Shown: piece after piece, positions 60,241-64,000 of the stretch
How positions within the stretch are numbered: the stretch's first letter is position 1
Layout of the letters: each line of letters starts with the position of its first letter
DNA from: Nibricoccus sp.
GTDB taxonomy: Bacteria; Verrucomicrobiota; Verrucomicrobiia; Opitutales; Opitutaceae
Reading direction: 5' to 3'
Assembly: GCA_047602425.1 (NCBI GenBank)
Contig: JASGHG010000001.1
Location: 3,264,001 to 3,328,000 of the forward strand
DNA: 64,000 nucleotides
Translations under genes and position numbers: made by a program
The notes under the pieces: model-generated
What the model saw: only the letters and a program-made list of their open reading frames with translations
What the model was told of the DNA's origin: nothing
Databases searched by the model: none

Positions 60241-61035
60241 ATGATGAAACCTCAACCACTCGTTATCGGCGGAATCGAATTTTCCTCCCGGCTTTTTCTT
60301 GGCACCGGCAAATATAGCTCGGGCCGGGCAATGGCGGAGAGCCTTGCCGCTTCGGGCACGCAACTGGTGACGGTCGCGCTACGCCGCGTGCATGCCGACC
60401 AATCCTCCGACGAAATTATTTCGCATCTCGACCGGGATCGCTACCGGCTCATGCCAAATACCTCGGGCGTGCGCGATGCGAAGGAGGCGGTGCTCGCCGC
60501 CGAACTTGCCCGCGAGGCCTTGGAAACGGATTGGGTGAAACTCGAAATTCATCCCGACCCGAAATATCTCATGCCCGATCCGGTGGAGACATTGAACGCC
60601 GCGCGTGAGCTCGTGAAGCGAGGTTTCACCGTGCTGCCTTACGTGCATGCCGATCCGGTGCTCTGCAAGCAACTCGAGGAAGCGGGTTGCGCCGCGGTCA
60701 TGCCGCTTGGTGCGCCGATCGGCAGCAACCGCGGCCTGGAGTCGCGCGCGTTTTTGGAAATCATCATTGCCCAGAGCAACGTACCTGTGGTGATTGACGC
60801 TGGTTTGGGCACGCCCTCGCATGCGGCGGCGGCGCTTGAAATGGGCGCGGATGCGGTGTTGGTGAACACGGCGATCGCTGCTGCAACCGATCCGACCGCT
60901 ATGGGTCATGCATTCAAGCTCGCTGTCGAAGCCGGACGCATTGCGTACGAATCGGGCCTCGCAGCGACATCCGTTAAACCGGTCGCACAGGCGACGTCGC
61001 CGTTGACATCATTTCTCAGCGAGGTGGGCGCATGA
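60241..61035 (+). CDS. thiG: Thiazole synthase
   Basis: [33 protein letters not shown] and DAG. Confidence 0.96.
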   Translation: MMKPQPLVIGGIEFSSRLFLGTGKYSSGRAMAESLAASGTQLVTVALRRVHADQSSDEIISHLDRDRYRLMPNTSGVRDAKEAVLAAELAREALETDWVKLEIHPDPKYLMPDPVETLNAARELVKRGFTVLPYVHADPVLCKQLEEAGCAAVMPLGAPIGSNRGLESRAFLEIIIAQSNVPVVIDAGLGTPSHAAAALEMGADAVLVNTAIAAATDPTAMGHAFKLAVEAGRIAYESGLAATSVKPVAQATSPLTSFLSEVGA

Positions 61036-62201
61036 GCTTTGTCGACGTTTGGAAGCAGCACGACTTCACGTCGATCGGTCGTGCGATTAAATCGAAGACC
61101 GCGGCGGATGTTCGCCGTGCGCTCGACCGCGTGAATGCCGGGTTGGATCTCGACGATTTGCAGGCATTGCTGTCGCCGGCTGCGGTGCCGTTTTTGGAGG
61201 AGATGGCGCAGCTGAGTCACCGACGCACGATCGAGCGTTTTGGTCGCACGATGCAGATTTTCGCGCCAATGTACCTCACCAACGTGTGCAACAACGTATG
61301 CACTTACTGCGGTTTCAGCGCACAGAACAAAATTCCGCGCGTCATCCTTAATGATGAACAAATACGCGCGGAGGCGGCGGTGCTTGCGACCCGCGGCATC
61401 GAGCACGTGCTGTTTGTCACGGGCGAATCCAAACGGGCGAGTCGCGAATATTTTGAAAACGCATTGCGGATTTTGCGTCCCTCATTCGCGAGCCTATCGA
61501 TGGAGGTGCAGCCGATCAGCGAGGACGATTACGCGGCGCTCGCTCGCGCCGGACTGAGCGCGGTGATCGTTTACCAAGAGACCTATGACCCGGCGGCGTA
61601 TAAACAACACCACTTGAAAGGACCAAAGGCCGATCTGATTTACCGGCTCGAAACCCCGGACCGTCTCGGTCGCGCGGGCTTGAAGAAGATTGGACTTGGC
61701 GCGCTCTACGGACTGAGCGACTGGCGCGCGGACGCGTGGTTCACCGGCCTTCACCTCCGCTACATGGAGAAACAGTATTGGCGGACGCGCTACAGCATGT
61801 CGTTTCCGCGACTGCGTCCACATGCGGGGGCGGAGATTGAAATCGTACCGACCACGGAACGGGATTTAGTCCAGGCCTTTTGTGCGTACCGACTGTTTAG
61901 TCGTGAGCTGGAGCTCACGCTTTCAACACGGGAACGACCGGAGTTTCGCAACCACGCCATCCGGCTCGGGGTGACGACGATGAGCGCCGGGGTAAAAACG
62001 AATCCCGGCGGTTATGCCGCGGATCAGGAAACGCTCGAGCAGTTCCAAATCAGCGACGAACGCTCAAGCGACGAGGTCGCGGCGTATCTGCGCAGTCAGG
62101 GCTACGAACCAGTTTGGAAAGACTGGGACGCGGCGTATGACGGCATGCAGCAACCCTTTTTGTCACAGGAGAGAACGGAGATGGTGGAATCGAGGATTTG
62201 A
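61032..62201 (+). CDS. thiH: 2-iminoacetate synthase (radical SAM tyrosine lyase)
   Basis: [36 protein letters not shown] and EQFQISDER. Confidence 0.95.
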   Translation: MSFVDVWKQHDFTSIGRAIKSKTAADVRRALDRVNAGLDLDDLQALLSPAAVPFLEEMAQLSHRRTIERFGRTMQIFAPMYLTNVCNNVCTYCGFSAQNKIPRVILNDEQIRAEAAVLATRGIEHVLFVTGESKRASREYFENALRILRPSFASLSMEVQPISEDDYAALARAGLSAVIVYQETYDPAAYKQHHLKGPKADLIYRLETPDRLGRAGLKKIGLGALYGLSDWRADAWFTGLHLRYMEKQYWRTRYSMSFPRLRPHAGAEIEIVPTTERDLVQAFCAYRLFSRELELTLSTRERPEFRNHAIRLGVTTMSAGVKTNPGGYAADQETLEQFQISDERSSDEVAAYLRSQGYEPVWKDWDAAYDGMQQPFLSQERTEMVESRI

Positions 62202-62247
62202 AAACTTGTCCGATCTCCTCTGTTTTCTCAGTTCACTCCTGTAAAAA
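62157..62247. repeat. Second copy of the MITE-like 9-nt-repeat hairpin family, overlapping the thiH stop
   Basis: TTTTTGTCACAGGAGAGAACGGAG ... CTCAGTTCACTCCTGTAAAAA; similar to 44088-44218. Confidence 0.65.
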
Positions 62248-62259
62248 TCGAATCGGAAA

Positions 62260-63366
62260 ATGAACTTCTCCCACGACGAACTTTCCCGCTATGCCCGCCA
62301 TCTTTCGCTGGCTGGTTTCGGCCCGGCTGCGCAGGAGAAGTTGAAACGCAGCCGCGTGCTCGTAATCGGCGCGGGCGGGTTGGGCTGTCCGGCGTTGCTC
62401 TATCTTGCGGCGGCGGGGGTGGGGAAGATCGTAATCATGGATGGTGATCGGGTTGATGTATCCAATCTCCAACGACAAGTGCTCTTTGCGAGCGATGATG
62501 CCGGCCAGTTCAAGGTTGATGCCGCCGCCCGCCGTTTGTGCGCACTCAATCCCTTGATCGAGATCGTACCGCTGGCCGAACGTTTCACGCGCGACAATGC
62601 CCTCGACTGCCTGCGCGACGTCGACGTGGTGGTTGACGGCTCGGATAATTTTTCAACGCGCTACCTGGTGAATGACGCCTGCGTGCTGGCGGGTAAGCCA
62701 TTTGTCTACGGTGCAATTCAGGGCTTCGAAGGGCAGGCGAGCGTGTTTAACTTCCAGGGCGGACCAACCTATCGCTGCCTCTTTCCCGAACCACCGGAAC
62801 CAGGCTCTGTACCTAATTGTTCCGAGGCAGGTGTGCTCGGCGTGCTGCCAGGATTGATTGGAACGATTCAGGCGACGGAGGCGATAAAACTTCTGACGGG
62901 CATCGGCGAGCCATTGAGCGGCCGCCTTCTGCTTTGGGACTCGCTGTCGATGACTTCGCGTACCGTCAAACTCGCGGTCGATCCGCGGAGTCGTGAAATT
63001 CGCGAACTTCCGCTCGAAAATTATGGCCAGACGTGCTCATTGCCGGCGATGCAACAACCCGGCAGCGACGAAATCGATGGCCTCGAACTCCGCACAAAGC
63101 TCAATGCCACGCAACTGATCGACGTGCGTGAGGATTGGGAGCGGGCGATGGGCACCATCGAACCCTCCGCCCATCTTCCGCTTGGGCAGCTGGCCAACGG
63201 TTCGGTGGCTGGAGCCATTGCGACGCTCGACGCAAAGCACCCAACGGTTGTTTTCTGCGCGCACGGCATGCGCAGCCTGAAAGCTCTGGCAGTGTTGCGC
63301 GAACGCTATGGTTTTACGAATGCGCAGAGTTTGCGCGGCGGTTACGAAGCTTGGACGATGCTCTAG
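62260..63366 (+). CDS. thiF: ThiF/MoeB-family adenylyltransferase with C-terminal rhodanese domain
   Basis: RYARH, GAGGLG, SNLQRQ, DGSDNF, YRCLFP, NCSEAGVLG and rhodanese IDVRE..CAHGMRS. Confidence 0.88.
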   Translation: MNFSHDELSRYARHLSLAGFGPAAQEKLKRSRVLVIGAGGLGCPALLYLAAAGVGKIVIMDGDRVDVSNLQRQVLFASDDAGQFKVDAAARRLCALNPLIEIVPLAERFTRDNALDCLRDVDVVVDGSDNFSTRYLVNDACVLAGKPFVYGAIQGFEGQASVFNFQGGPTYRCLFPEPPEPGSVPNCSEAGVLGVLPGLIGTIQATEAIKLLTGIGEPLSGRLLLWDSLSMTSRTVKLAVDPRSREIRELPLENYGQTCSLPAMQQPGSDEIDGLELRTKLNATQLIDVREDWERAMGTIEPSAHLPLGQLANGSVAGAIATLDAKHPTVVFCAHGMRSLKALAVLRERYGFTNAQSLRGGYEAWTML

Positions 63367-63450
63367 ATCAGTGCGCTTTAGGTGCATGCACCGCTAGTGA
63401 AAACGTTCGCAGAGGAGAACCAATTTCCCGAATTGCGTTCTAAATCTTCC

Positions 63451-64000
63451 ATGAAAACAAAACTCCGTTTAGTCGTTTTGGCGGTGTCGTTTGCTTTGTT
63501 TGGTTTCGGTGGTGTGCGAGCGGATGTTTCGCTATCAGTCTCCGCCGATATTCGTATCGGCAAAGTGCCGCCACCTCCACCGCCGGTGATTGAAGTGATC
63601 GATGCCCCGCAACCAAAAGGTCCGCCGCCTTGGGCTCCGGCGCATGGTTTTCATCGAAATCACACGTACTATTTCTATCCAGCCTGCGACGTCTATTATC
63701 GTCCCGATGACCACATGTGGTTCTTTCTCGAAGGTGGCGCGTGGACGGCGACGGTGCGATTACCGGATCGACTGGAAATCGATTTCAGCCGCTCGGTTCC
63801 GCTGACAATGGAAACCGACAAGCCCTACGTGCATCACGAAGCGATCGTTGCGCATTACCCGAAAGACTATTTCAGGAAGGTGAAGATCAAGTCGGAGGGG
63901 AGGCCTGACAACGAACGTGTCGAGAAAGAGCATAAGAAGGACCTCGAAAAACATCACGAGCCCGAACGTAAAACGCAAAAGGCCGGGCCTGACGACGATG
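63451..64000 (+). CDS. Secreted hypothetical protein (3'-truncated by window edge)
   Basis: Translated by hand: signal peptide MKTKLRLVVLAVSFALFGFGGVRA, Pro-rich segment, GPPPWAPAHG, YYFYP..VYY and a charged His/Lys tail; no stop before the window end. Confidence 0.8.
   Translation, partial: MKTKLRLVVLAVSFALFGFGGVRADVSLSVSADIRIGKVPPPPPPVIEVIDAPQPKGPPPWAPAHGFHRNHTYYFYPACDVYYRPDDHMWFFLEGGAWTATVRLPDRLEIDFSRSVPLTMETDKPYVHHEAIVAHYPKDYFRKVKIKSEGRPDNERVEKEHKKDLEKHHEPERKTQKAGPDDD

Overview
This is a GC-rich bacterial chromosomal segment. Gene content and repeat style suggest Opitutaceae/Verrucomicrobiota (inference). In order it contains: (1) the 3' part of an alternative complex III operon (actB'CDEF plus an actG-like gene) running into a cbb3-type oxidase set (ccoS, ccoN, ccoO, monoheme cytochrome c); (2) a biotin operon bioA-B-D-F-esterase-C with a BirA-like operator, beside tRNA-Glu(CTC); (3) a locus with a TonB-dependent receptor, an SxtJ-like/carbamoyltransferase/SxtK-like/SGNH-TPR module, an AmpG-like MFS transporter, a GH1 glycosidase and two LacI regulators, linked by a four-copy 16-bp palindrome (RCTCTnACGTTAGAGY); (4) accessory genes: a Deg-type protease, an ArsR-SRPBCC-DUF899-PagL-like cluster, an amidase, Dcp and LysE; (5) an orphan immunity-like/lipase pair next to a frameshifted RAYT transposase with REPINs; (6) a split methionine synthase whose halves enclose cbiZ, cbiB and a secreted protein gene, divergent from a cobalamin-riboswitch btuBFCD-cobO-cobQ operon; (7) an ECF sigma factor, a Rid/chorismatase-like gene and a TPP-riboswitch thiamine operon. 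Short-period (6/7/9-nt) repeat hairpins sit in intergenic spaces, in frame within metH and cbiZ, and inside the B12 riboswitch. A degenerate 21-bp palindromic tandem array lies at about 21.1-21.4 kb. All family calls come from motif recognition by eye; no database searches were run.
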